Below the pieces are notes generated by a model. It did no database searches, was not told where the DNA came from, and was given only the letters and a program-made list of their open reading frames with translations. Position numbers and translations under genes: made by a program. A stretch of 64,000 bases of DNA from Desulfatiglandales bacterium. GTDB lineage: Bacteria > Desulfobacterota > DSM-4660 > Desulfatiglandales > HGW-15. The first letter of the stretch is position 1; each line of letters begins with the position of its first letter. The stretch is taken from assembly GCA_963667015.2 (NCBI GenBank), contig CAXXJJ010000004.1, positions 2,528,001 to 2,592,000 of the forward strand, in the 5' to 3' direction. Positions 1-9,056 of the stretch are shown here, piece after piece.

Positions 1-211
1 AATAAGGAGCAGCGGCTGGGGAAGAGATTTTCAGTCTGGACAGATGACGATATCATAAAAGGGAGTCACTTTTTATGAAAATCCTGAAAATGACTATATG
101 TAACAGCCTGAAATCACGAGACATAATTTTCAAGAAAAGCACTAAAATATCGAAAACTATAGTTACTTCTCACGAATCTATTTTGAGGTCCCTCTTTTTA
201 TCAGTGCACTC

Positions 212-610
212 TTAAATCCAGTTTTCAATAATTAAACCTTTAACCCTTTTGAATTCTTTTACATTATTTGTAACCAGTGTAAGATGACTGGAGAGAGAGA
301 TGGAAGCAATCAACAGATCCATCGGTCCTATGGGAGTACCTTTCTTTTGTAAAGAAGACCTTATCTCCGCATATTGTCTACAGCATTTATTATCAAACGG
401 AATTTGTTCAAAATTATGTATAAAAGCTTCTACAATTTCATGGTTTTTCTTTTTTGCATTGCTTTTTTCAGCACCAAAAAAAAGCTCAGCAACAGTTATT
501 GAGCTTAGTTTAATATCTGCTGGTGAAAGACTTTTCATTCGGGTTATAATAGCTTCTGAAGATTTATTAAGGAAATAGATGCAGGTGTTTGTATCCAGAA
601 GATACTTCAT
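212..610 (-). CDS. vapC: PIN-domain toxin (VapC family)
   Basis: YLLDTN N-terminus, IGPMDLLIA and LVTNN..EF motifs; overlaps upstream antitoxin gene. Confidence 0.92.
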   Translation of the reverse strand: MKYLLDTNTCIYFLNKSSEAIITRMKSLSPADIKLSSITVAELFFGAEKSNAKKKNHEIVEAFIHNFEQIPFDNKCCRQYAEIRSSLQKKGTPIGPMDLLIASISLSSHLTLVTNNVKEFKRVKGLIIENWI

Positions 611-855
611 CTTTCAATTTCCTCTCTTTTTTCAAAAGTATCAGAACCATCACGGATTTCCTTTATTATTTCATCAGGATCTCTGCCGTCTTTCCAGCTT
701 CCGGCCAGGTTAAAAAAATCTTCCGGCCATTGATCATCAATTTCTTTTTTAATAACATCCGCAATCCATTTTGATTTTGATTTTCCTGATGCTTTTACTA
801 CCTTTTCGAGCTTTTCAGATAGCGCATCTTCTATGTAAATAGCTAATTGTGTCAT
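607..855 (-). CDS. Antitoxin (CopG/RHH-like VapB partner)
   Basis: Small ORF directly upstream of vapC with 4-nt overlap; ATG at 855 (MTQLAIYI) preceded by AGGAGG; RHH-like N-terminus, W/LAGSW C-terminus. Confidence 0.8.
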   Translation of the reverse strand: MTQLAIYIEDALSEKLEKVVKASGKSKSKWIADVIKKEIDDQWPEDFFNLAGSWKDGRDPDEIIKEIRDGSDTFEKREEIER

Positions 856-1012
856 TTCCTGAGGCCTCCTCTTACTGGATAACACATATATTTACACATA
901 TACTTTAAACTGTCAATTAAATGCCTGTGAATCCTGATCATCTCTAATCTAATTTGTGAAAAAAAAGCGGGGTCAGGTCTACACTCTTGACAGTACCCCA
1001 AAACTATAAATT

Positions 1013-1040
1013 AAAAACAACTGGATTCCCGCTTTCGCGC
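1013..1040. repeat. REP-like element (CTGGATTCCCGC type)
   Basis: aaaaacaactggattcccgctttcgcg; shares aaaaacaactggattcc with 2861-2899. Confidence 0.5.
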
Positions 1041-1122
1041 AGAGATGTGCTTTAGTACATCGCACAAGCCATTCCGCAGATTGACGCAGAGATTGTGAAA
1101 AAGAGCCGTTTATGGATGGAAA

Positions 1123-1989
1123 CTAGATAACCTTTATCCGCCGCACCAGACTTGTAAAAAAATCTTTTGACCAGATATTAAGATCATCAGGTTGTTTTAC
1201 AAAAGGTTGCACCTCTTTTCTCGCTTCATCAATTCGGAAGGAATTTATCCGGTTAATCAGTAATTCCCGAAAGATTTTTTCAGTCAGATTCTTTCCCTCT
1301 TCCCAGTAACCGGTTTGAATCATACGGCTTTCAAGGTGTTTTAAATGAAGTTCAGGATAGTTTGCTGCATACCATATAAGATCATACCAGTCCCTGCCCT
1401 TTACATGGCTCTTCCAGTTTCTAAAAAGTACAGCGTGCATTTTACCAGCAAACAGATCAGGCAGTGTATATACACGAACAGAAAAAGGGATTGGCTGCAG
1501 CAGATAGCGTGTCTCTGTCTTAAAATCCGCAGGAGGATCAGTATCAATTTCAATTTTTATTTTAAGTATTTTACCTTTTGGCACCACGTTTATGATTTCC
1601 TCTCCTGTTTCAAACTGCAGCATTTGTTTTCTTGTATCAGCTTTAAGAAATGCTGACATTACAGGCGAATCATATACCTTTTCCACTTCATCAAACTTGA
1701 GCTCAAAACCAAAGGCCTGTGCTTCTTTAAGAATGTATTCTCCGTATCCGGACAGGTCAAATTCTTCCGAAGGGTTCAACAGCGAAAAATCCATATCCTC
1801 GGAAAAACGATCAAGACCATGAAGAATTCTTAAGGATGTTCCACCATAGAATGCAGCTTTTTCAAAAAATTTACCACGCCACAGGCCAAGCAGTGCGATT
1901 TCCTGAAGGATTTCTCTTAACGCATTTGTATAATCAGTCATGCCCCTGCAGTTGTATTTGTCAAGCATACTCTTTAAGGCCTTATGCAT
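1123..1989 (-). CDS. abiEii: Nucleotidyltransferase toxin, AbiEii/AbiGii family (type IV TA)
   Basis: FYGGTSLRILHGLDRFSEDMDF motif and KGRDWYD motif. Confidence 0.92.
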   Translation of the reverse strand: MHKALKSMLDKYNCRGMTDYTNALREILQEIALLGLWRGKFFEKAAFYGGTSLRILHGLDRFSEDMDFSLLNPSEEFDLSGYGEYILKEAQAFGFELKFDEVEKVYDSPVMSAFLKADTRKQMLQFETGEEIINVVPKGKILKIKIEIDTDPPADFKTETRYLLQPIPFSVRVYTLPDLFAGKMHAVLFRNWKSHVKGRDWYDLIWYAANYPELHLKHLESRMIQTGYWEEGKNLTEKIFRELLINRINSFRIDEARKEVQPFVKQPDDLNIWSKDFFTSLVRRIKVI

Positions 1990-2644
1990 GTCTGCGCCCC
2001 TGTTGCTGCATATTATTTTTTTGAATAAACTTGATCAGCTTTTTGAGTTTTCCTGAAGAATATCTCTCTGCGATATCATCAAGTACGTCAGTATTCATAG
2101 AGAGTAAATTTACCATATCAATCCTGAGGTCATTTTCCAGGTAGTCCAGTAATTTCTTTTGTGTTCTGACAGTCGCCCCGCGATCGGAAATAATCTTGTC
2201 GGCCAGGGCTTTTTCAGGAGTAGCTATCAGGAAGGCTGTGCCATCCTTAAGTTCTACCCTGTCCATTCCGGTGCTCAGGGCATAAACCGGTATCTGACGA
2301 TATGTAAACATACCTGCTGGAGTTGAGAAATTCCGTGATCTTCCGGAAGTGACAGAAGTCACAGCTTCGACCCGCTCAGGTATCAGCCCGTAATACTGCA
2401 GGGCATATTCAAGGGAAATATATGAAGGGCCGTAAATCAGGTTTGCAAGTAATTCTTTTGAATAGGGTCTTCTCCTGTATGCTTCACCAAAGATATACAG
2501 ACCTTTCTTAACCCTGATAATAATTCCTTTCCTCAAGAGCTGAGTTATTTTTGTGCGCGGATTTGAGTATCCTTCAAGGCAGTCAATCAGGGTTTGATAA
2601 TCAAATTCCTCCCCTTCTATCCTTTTTCTCAAGATTTCTATCAT
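1982..2644 (-). CDS. abiEi: AbiEi-like antitoxin/transcriptional regulator
   Basis: IIRVKKGLY, PSYISLEYALQYYGLIPE, ATPEKALAD motifs; upstream of abiEii; start at 2644 chosen (ORF extends to 2704). Confidence 0.88.
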   Translation of the reverse strand: MIEILRKRIEGEEFDYQTLIDCLEGYSNPRTKITQLLRKGIIIRVKKGLYIFGEAYRRRPYSKELLANLIYGPSYISLEYALQYYGLIPERVEAVTSVTSGRSRNFSTPAGMFTYRQIPVYALSTGMDRVELKDGTAFLIATPEKALADKIISDRGATVRTQKKLLDYLENDLRIDMVNLLSMNTDVLDDIAERYSSGKLKKLIKFIQKNNMQQQGRRHA

Positions 2645-2687
2645 AATGCAGTGACCTGTAATTTTTTTGACAATAATGGCAATATTT

Positions 2688-2722
2688 ACATAGTATGTCC
2701 ACATATTATAGACATACTATGT
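2688..2722. promoter_or_regulatory. Inverted-repeat operator upstream of abiE operon
   Basis: Perfect 12-bp inverted repeat ACATAGTATGTC-N11-GACATACTATGT. Confidence 0.7.
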
Positions 2723-2860
2723 GTAAACAGGTCATTTTTTAACTAATTGGGTGATTTGACCCGTTACCACTCAACAATACCGGATAGTCCTAAACAGTAA
2801 ACAGGGACCTTAAAATATAAAGCTTCTATAATTTTTGAAAGTCATCCACTTTAAAAAACC

Positions 2861-2899
2861 AAAAACAACTGGATTCCATAGTCGTAGCCGTGGAATGAC
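2861..2899. repeat. REP-like element (CTGGATTCC...GGAATGAC type)
   Basis: ctggattccatagtcgtagccgtggaatgac imperfect palindrome. Confidence 0.55.
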
Positions 2900-2991
2900 G
2901 CCAAGGAAATTATTTGGAAAAACATAAGGCAACACGCCTATAGCGCTTTAAAGCAGTTATTCGTTGTTTCTGAAATGATACAATGGATTAG

Positions 2992-3079
2992 ATTTAAGAC
3001 TAATGGATTGAAAAAGAAAGGGAAAATATAGAGGTCAGGGGAAAACTAGGCTGAAGCTTTTTAGGCTGTAGGCTGTTAG
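2992..3079 (+). repeat. 88-bp direct repeat, copy 1
   Basis: atttaagactaatggattgaaaaagaaagggaaaa...ggctgttag; near-identical to 3995-4082 at constant offset 1003. Confidence 0.9.
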
Positions 3080-3160
3080 GGGGGGGGCAGAAGTTAGATG
3101 TCTGATACCTGAGGTCGGAAGTGCTACAGTGTGAAAGTACACAATCATAAATCCATCCGG

Positions 3161-3460
3161 CTATCTTTTTTTCCAATAACCGGGTTTGCGTTTAGAATGA
3201 GCAACTGCAACAATCTGAATTTTATTTTCAAAATTGCGATAAATAAGGCTGAATGGAAATCTTGGAAAAATATACCGGCGAGTACCAGCGTCATATTGGG
3301 GCCACATATCAGGAGATTCTTCGACCTGATCTACAGCATGGATGAGTTCTGCAATGAAAGATCTGGATGCTACCAGACTCCTTTCAGCATACCACTCCTT
3401 TGCAGCTTCAACCTCCATTAGAGCAGAAGGATGAAATTCGATAGCCTTTTTAGCCGTCAT
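3161..3460 (-). CDS. RelE/ParE family toxin
   Basis: FHPSA..E..AA..WY, FPFSLIYR, IVAVAHSKRKPGYW motifs. Confidence 0.9.
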   Translation of the reverse strand: MTAKKAIEFHPSALMEVEAAKEWYAERSLVASRSFIAELIHAVDQVEESPDMWPQYDAGTRRYIFPRFPFSLIYRNFENKIQIVAVAHSKRKPGYWKKR

Positions 3461-3683
3461 TTCGTTTTAAAAGAAGAGCTTTCACATTTTCCCATGGAAT
3501 AGCTATTACCTCTCCAGAATCTAATTCTTTTACCCGCTTTGCTACTTCAGCTTTCCAGACAGATTCGATCTCTTCAATAGGTGTATCGTCAAGGCTTTCA
3601 ATTAATAGGCCAGCCAAAGCAGCCCGATCTTTTTCATTCAGCCCAAGTGCTTTCTTGAACAAATCATTTGTTAATACTTCCAT
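3450..3683 (-). CDS. Addiction module antitoxin component
   Basis: AL.L...DRA.LA..LIESLD...W..EV.KR..EL.SG.V..IPW pattern; overlaps toxin gene; start uncertain (3683 or 3695). Confidence 0.85.
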   Translation of the reverse strand: MEVLTNDLFKKALGLNEKDRAALAGLLIESLDDTPIEEIESVWKAEVAKRVKELDSGEVIAIPWENVKALLLKRNDG

Positions 3684-3789
3684 GATCGGGAACAATCCTC
3701 CTGTTTTCTATGGTATAGACGCTATAATATATTATTAGCCTGAAGATTTAAAGCTCTAAAAAATAGGCGGTTTTCGATGTAATGTAGGC

Positions 3790-3990
3790 TTCCGCCGTCG
3801 CTAAAGCTACCGTCTTCTCATAAAGATACGCAGCGACAAGATGGCGGGAAGAGGTAGGCTCTTAGGGATGCTGATTCAAAATTCAATATTCAAGCCCGGT
3901 GAAATTCGCTCCGCGGTCATAATTATGAATTTCACTGGCTAACCTTGTTAAATGCTGCTTCGCATCCCGCTATGCGGATTTAACTGGGTA
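3790..3990. repeat. Cluster of REP-like palindromes
   Basis: gtcgctaaagctac...gacaag unit; cccggtgaaatt...aatttcactgg and ccttgttaaat...atttaactggg palindromes. Confidence 0.5.
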
Positions 3991-3994
3991 AAAA

Positions 3995-4082
3995 ATTTAA
4001 GATTAATGGATTGAAAAAGAAAGGGAAAAGATAGAGGTCAGTGGAAAGACAGACTGAAGCTTTTCAGGCTGAAGGCTGTTAG
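3995..4082 (+). repeat. 88-bp direct repeat, copy 2
   Basis: Matches 2992-3079 with scattered substitutions. Confidence 0.9.
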
Positions 4083-4107
4083 AGAAAACAAAAAACAGAC
4101 GTCAACC

Positions 4108-4200
4108 GGCTTCGTTCTGAGACTTCCGTCTTCGCTTGAAGCTTCAGTCTTCGCTTGAAGCTACACCTTGACAAGACGCCTTGACAAGACGCTGTGCCAG
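4108..4200. repeat. Nested REP-like repeats
   Basis: gtcttcgcttgaagct x2 followed by ccttgacaagacgc x2. Confidence 0.65.
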
Positions 4201-4220
4201 GGAGATCGGAAGCCAAAATG

Positions 4221-4250
4221 AAAAGAGGCGAACTTTAAGTTCGCCCCTTT
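4221..4250 (-). terminator. Intrinsic terminator-like hairpin (bidirectional)
   Basis: aaaagaggcgaact-tta-agttcgcccctttt just downstream of 4260 stop. Confidence 0.7.
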
Positions 4251-4259
4251 ATATTAAAA

Positions 4260-4697
4260 CTATTTTACGCGTTTTGCGATTAGTGGTGGTCTCTCCATTC
4301 CTCCGCCACCGGGGCCGCCCATGCCGCCTCCCATATCCATCTTGAGTGTCAGAACATCACCTTCAAATGTTCCGGAGTAATTGATTTTCATCTCATTCTG
4401 GCCCATGTTTACCTTGACTGAAAAGGAAATTTTGTTCCCGTCAATCTTTCCATCGAGAATTTCATTAGGTCCCATTGGGCCTGTATCTATTCCAGTCAGC
4501 TTATTGCCGTCGGCCTTGAAGTCAAAGGTGAATTTCATCGGGCCGCCTGCTCCGCCACCGGGACCGCCTGCTCCACCGCCAGGTCCGCCTTGTGCTTCCA
4601 TCTCGGCTACCCATTTTCCTGTAATGCCACCGGCAAAGGATGGAACTGCAAAAAGACAAAAAGCGGCTACTAAAACTGCAATCATTTTTAAACGCAT
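4260..4697 (-). CDS. Exported Gly-rich hypothetical protein
   Basis: Signal peptide (MRLKMIAVLVAAFCLFAVPSFA), GGAGG RBS, GGPGGGAGGPGGGAGGP repeats, ITGKW beta-rich core. Confidence 0.8.
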   Translation of the reverse strand: MRLKMIAVLVAAFCLFAVPSFAGGITGKWVAEMEAQGGPGGGAGGPGGGAGGPMKFTFDFKADGNKLTGIDTGPMGPNEILDGKIDGNKISFSVKVNMGQNEMKINYSGTFEGDVLTLKMDMGGGMGGPGGGGMERPPLIAKRVK

Positions 4698-4939
4698 ACT
4701 CTTTCCTCCTTCTTTTAATAGGGGTAATTTGAGGTCCATTACTGACACTCGATTCGAAAAACCACAATGATGGGAATACTGAACAGAATGATATTGGGGC
4801 TCTTTGTTTTTGTCAAGAACTGTATTTAAAAAACAGGGCAAATAAGGCGCAAACACCTGAAATATGCACAAAAAATTTAATTATTTTGAAAAAGTGTCAG
4901 ATTCAACTTAAGAGGTTGATTTATACTATTACCTTAAAT

Positions 4940-6949
4940 TTATGGACGAGGACCATAGAGAGGCAAAGGCTGACCACACTCTAAGGCTCCAAGGTCCGGT
5001 GCACTGCCGGTAAAGTCATCGTTAACGTTAGGGAGGAGGCACCCCCTGTCAACTGCTGCGGCGTCTGGTTTAAGCCGAAAATCCAGCTTTTCAAACATAT
5101 AAACTCTTGTTGGGTCAGTCATATCAGCTTTTGGTACGTTCTCAAATATATCATAATCCACCAGTATCCCGTTGCACTCCTGACCTGCTGCATTACAGAG
5201 TTCCTGAAGGGTTCCGAAGGCCCGCACCTCCCGGGGAGTCTCATAATCTCTCATAACGTCAAAGGAAGGGGAGTTCCAGACGAACTGCATCTCATACCCT
5301 TCATTGGGACGAAACCCGTTAAAATCGGACGTTGTGTAATTAGTGTAGGTGTCCATGAAGAAAATCCCTCTAAAATCGGCAGGAAGATGATTGCTTTGAA
5401 TCAGGGGGTTCTCTCCAAGAATGAGGTTATTACGGAGCTGCAGGTTAGAAGCCCCTGTCATCACTGATGGTGTCCCAACAGTTACTTCAGCGCAAAAGGT
5501 ATTGTGATACAGGATTAAGCCTGCTGAATTGCCATAGAACTTTGTTACTCCCCGTTCAGGAACATGGTAAACGATATTGCGTATGAAATACACAGGTCCC
5601 CCGCCGAGTGGGGCAGTCGGATAGACATTAAGCGGAATATGAGCGGCATTGATCATCACATTGCGCAAAACACGGATGTTGTGAGAATAATCGTTAAGCT
5701 GCAGCGCATTGTCAGATATATTGGAAATAAGATTGTTGTAGATGTCGAGTGATCGGGGCTCAAAATCAGAATCCATAGTATTAAGCAGGGCACCTATTCC
5801 GTCAAGGAAACCGGTAACGTAATTGTGGCACACAACGTGACCATTCCCGTGAAGGGAGATCCCCATATAAGAACCTTCAGGACCATTTATTCTTGCGGGG
5901 TAGCCGGGGAAATTCTGCCACGGAACGCCTGCGCCTTCGATCCACCCTACCAGTCTTGTCGGGTTATATCGGCCGATTATCTCGTTATCTGCGATGTAAA
6001 AATCCTTTGATCCGGCGTAACCGGTCTTAATACCATAACCGACATTCTCAATGCGACAATTTTTGACTGTCAATCCACTGCATCCAGCCGTATGACTTAA
6101 ACCGGCAAGAAAGGCCAGATCGGTATTACGTATGGTAAGACCCTCGAAGTACAGATAATCTGCCATCATAACATCGAAGAGGTTAGAACAACCATTACCA
6201 TCGAAGATTACTTCACCATCACCTGCGCCCTTTATCGCAATAGGCTTCCCGGGTGTACCGCTCCGGAGAAACCTGTAGGTTCCGAAGAAGTCTAATCCGT
6301 AATTCTGGCCGCCAATACGTTTGCCGGGCACTTTATGACCGCCGAACAGGGTATAGTCATCTTCGTAGACGCCAGCATGCACCAGGATGGTATTGCCGGG
6401 CTGAACTATCCTTAAAGCAGCTCCCAGTCCTGTAAAGGCCGGCTGCTCCTTAGAACCCTGATAACCATGGGGGTATACGTGCAGGATATTCCCGCCCACA
6501 AAGGGTTTCGGTTCAGCACGGGTGCGCACGGTTACTTTATTATGGGCCGCGCCACTTACACCATCAGGATCAGACATATCGAACTGACACTCATACTGTG
6601 TATCAGGCTCTAAATCGAATATACTTCCGGTAAACATGTTGGGAGCCGCACCCGAAAAACCATTGCCGACCTTTTCATTCTGGAGACGAAAAAGCGGCAG
6701 CGCCTCTTTCCATTCCATATCTCCTTTCCTGCGGTACCTGACTTTTACAGCAGCATTACGATTCTCATCACCCTCGATATACCATCCAAAGGCAAGGGAA
6801 ATAAGGGTAGCAGGCTCAATGACAAACTCTCCCGGTTTAACCATATTGGGCTTTGCCGCAAATAAAGTACCGGCGCCAAAGGTGGATAGGTCCCACATAA
6901 GTAGAATAGCAACTGAAATCAAAATAAATAAACTTTTTTTCGTTTCCAT
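4940..6949 (-). CDS. Exported right-handed parallel beta-helix protein (pectate lyase-like fold) with N-terminal FN3-like domain
   Basis: Signal peptide; GSIFDLEPDTQYE; PGNTILVHAGVY; GTPGKPIAIKG; C-terminal DFRLKPDAAAVDRG...APDLGALE. Confidence 0.75.
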   Translation of the reverse strand: METKKSLFILISVAILLMWDLSTFGAGTLFAAKPNMVKPGEFVIEPATLISLAFGWYIEGDENRNAAVKVRYRRKGDMEWKEALPLFRLQNEKVGNGFSGAAPNMFTGSIFDLEPDTQYECQFDMSDPDGVSGAAHNKVTVRTRAEPKPFVGGNILHVYPHGYQGSKEQPAFTGLGAALRIVQPGNTILVHAGVYEDDYTLFGGHKVPGKRIGGQNYGLDFFGTYRFLRSGTPGKPIAIKGAGDGEVIFDGNGCSNLFDVMMADYLYFEGLTIRNTDLAFLAGLSHTAGCSGLTVKNCRIENVGYGIKTGYAGSKDFYIADNEIIGRYNPTRLVGWIEGAGVPWQNFPGYPARINGPEGSYMGISLHGNGHVVCHNYVTGFLDGIGALLNTMDSDFEPRSLDIYNNLISNISDNALQLNDYSHNIRVLRNVMINAAHIPLNVYPTAPLGGGPVYFIRNIVYHVPERGVTKFYGNSAGLILYHNTFCAEVTVGTPSVMTGASNLQLRNNLILGENPLIQSNHLPADFRGIFFMDTYTNYTTSDFNGFRPNEGYEMQFVWNSPSFDVMRDYETPREVRAFGTLQELCNAAGQECNGILVDYDIFENVPKADMTDPTRVYMFEKLDFRLKPDAAAVDRGCLLPNVNDDFTGSAPDLGALECGQPLPLYGPRP

Positions 6950-7231
6950 GGTGAACCTCCTTTAACGGTCAAAGCGAAGAGTGGGGGTGTAAGATTATTA
7001 TGAATTTTAATGAATAAAATGCATAATAATTCATAATTATTCAATAAAAAATCAGCTTATTGAAATGGATTCGGAATACAACCCGGATGATGCGGGCAGC
7101 AACAGGAAGAGGGACATATAGCCCGGATGAAGGTTACCTCTGATTCTTCTTGACTAATTTTTCGGCCTGCTCTATAGAAATCTGCCGATTTTGAATCGTA
7201 TATATATTCTAATTATGTGAGGTGAGGTATA

Positions 7232-7603
7232 GTGTTTAATCCGTGCTTGAGCTGCGGTGCCTGCTGTGCCTTGTTTCGCGCGTCCTTTTACTGGGCGGAA
7301 ACATCCGAATTTACGCCGGGAGGCGTACCGGCAGAACTGACTGTCAAAATTAATGATTTTTTTGTTGCCATGAAAGGGTCCGATAAGGCCCCTCCACGCT
7401 GTGACTGCCTTATTGGTGAAATAGGCGATAGAGTTTACTGCAAAATCTATGAAAACCGCTCTTCAATCTGCAGGGAATTCAAACCTGCCTGGGAAAATAA
7501 TGAGCCGTCACCAAGGTGTGATTCAGCGCGTATCAAATGGGGCCTGAAACCGCTTACCCCTGATTCATGGATCTCTCCTGAAGGATTTCCAAAGGCAGCC
7601 TGA
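7232..7603 (+). CDS. YkgJ-family cysteine cluster protein
   Basis: NPCLSCGACC, RCDCL, CKIYENRSSICREF motifs. Confidence 0.88.
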   Translation: MFNPCLSCGACCALFRASFYWAETSEFTPGGVPAELTVKINDFFVAMKGSDKAPPRCDCLIGEIGDRVYCKIYENRSSICREFKPAWENNEPSPRCDSARIKWGLKPLTPDSWISPEGFPKAA

Positions 7604-7608
7604 TTTTG

Positions 7609-7637
7609 ATAGAGACAGGTTTGAAACCTGTCTCTAT
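7609..7637. terminator. Hairpin (terminator or REP)
   Basis: atagagacaggttt-g-aaacctgtctctat inverted repeat after 7603 stop. Confidence 0.6.
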
Positions 7638-7727
7638 ATTCAATAAATTCTACAAAATGCCTTTTTAAAAGGCCTGAAAATCTGATATAGAAACTGAATC
7701 TCTATACTATCGGACAGGCTTTATACA

Positions 7728-8798
7728 ATGGAATCGGTTGAAACAATAATAATAGGTGCCGGATTAAGCGGAATTTATGCAGCTTTTCTTTTATCACAAA
7801 AAAACAGGGAATATCTCATACTTGAGGCAAGAGACCGGACAGGCGGCAGGATAAACGGCTGCGAATATGAGGGACTTGTATCTGATATGGGACCGTCATG
7901 GTACTGGCCGGACATACATCCGAAGATCACACGGCTGATCGACGATCTGGGCCTTTCGGGCTATCAGCAGTATGAAAACGGGTTCGGCCGTTTTCAAAAC
8001 CACACCGGAGACGTAAACACAGTAAGGGGTTACGCCACTGAACCTCCTTCATGGCGAATTTCAAATGGTATCCCTGCTCTCATCTCCCAGCTCTCATGCA
8101 GTATCAATGAAAAAAATATCAGACTCAGGCACCCTGTATGCAGCATTGAAAAAACAGCATCTGGCCTGCGGGTAGGTGTTGGAGATCCAGGAAGCGTTCC
8201 GCTATCCATATTTGATGCAAAAAGGGTAATCCTTGCCCTGCCCCCGCGCCTTGCCGCTTCAACTATCCTGTTCACTCCCGACCTGTCATATGAGCTTACC
8301 CAGGAAATGCTGAAGACAGGTACATGGATGGCCGGACAGGCCAAATTCTGCGCTGTATACACCGAGCCGTTCTGGAGGGACCACGGCTTCTCCGGCCAGG
8401 GCTTCAGCCAGTACGGCCCTATCGGGGAGATACATGACGGGTCAAATAATGATACTCCTCCCTATGGATTAATGGGCTTTCTTGGTTTTCCCGCGGTCAG
8501 GCGCCATAATGAAAAAGAACTTAAAACAGCAATGCTGGAACAGCTGAAGTCTATATATGGAGAACCGGCAGAAAACCCTGCGGCTTTATTCTACATGGAC
8601 TGGGCAAGGGAAAAATATACGGCCACAGAATATGATCAGCCGCCCATGATGTATCACCCTTTATACTCTCCCCCGGCCGGAAAAATATCCATATGGGACG
8701 ATACTGTCCGCTTTGCCGGAACAGAAACAGCAGAAGAACATGGCGGGTACATGGAGGGGGCAATCATTGCCGCGGAAAGGGCCGTGACTAACATATAA
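7728..8798 (+). CDS. Flavin-containing amine oxidase family protein
   Basis: IIGAGLSG, LEARDRTGGR, MGPSWYW, FAGTETA...GGYMEGAI. Confidence 0.9.
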   Translation: MESVETIIIGAGLSGIYAAFLLSQKNREYLILEARDRTGGRINGCEYEGLVSDMGPSWYWPDIHPKITRLIDDLGLSGYQQYENGFGRFQNHTGDVNTVRGYATEPPSWRISNGIPALISQLSCSINEKNIRLRHPVCSIEKTASGLRVGVGDPGSVPLSIFDAKRVILALPPRLAASTILFTPDLSYELTQEMLKTGTWMAGQAKFCAVYTEPFWRDHGFSGQGFSQYGPIGEIHDGSNNDTPPYGLMGFLGFPAVRRHNEKELKTAMLEQLKSIYGEPAENPAALFYMDWAREKYTATEYDQPPMMYHPLYSPPAGKISIWDDTVRFAGTETAEEHGGYMEGAIIAAERAVTNI

Positions 8799-9056
8799 AA
8801 CACAGAGAGGCTGCAGGAAATATTCGCATATCAAAGGCTGTATTGACAATTATTACTAAATATATCTAATTTGCTATTATAATTCCTGACCGGGTCTAAC
8901 GGGTATAATTACCTTGACACACAGATGTAATTTCCATATATCTTGTTTTTTGAAATAGTTACAGTCGTGAATTATTGTTTTTGCAGCTCTTTCCACTGAA
9001 ACGGGATTCACAGCGTTTACATTTTAAAAAGCTTCAAATAAAAGGAGATTAAAAAT

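Noticed and set aside
1..4250. Integron cassette array or CRISPR array
   Set aside because: No integrase, no convincing attC boxes and no regularly spaced identical repeats with spacers.
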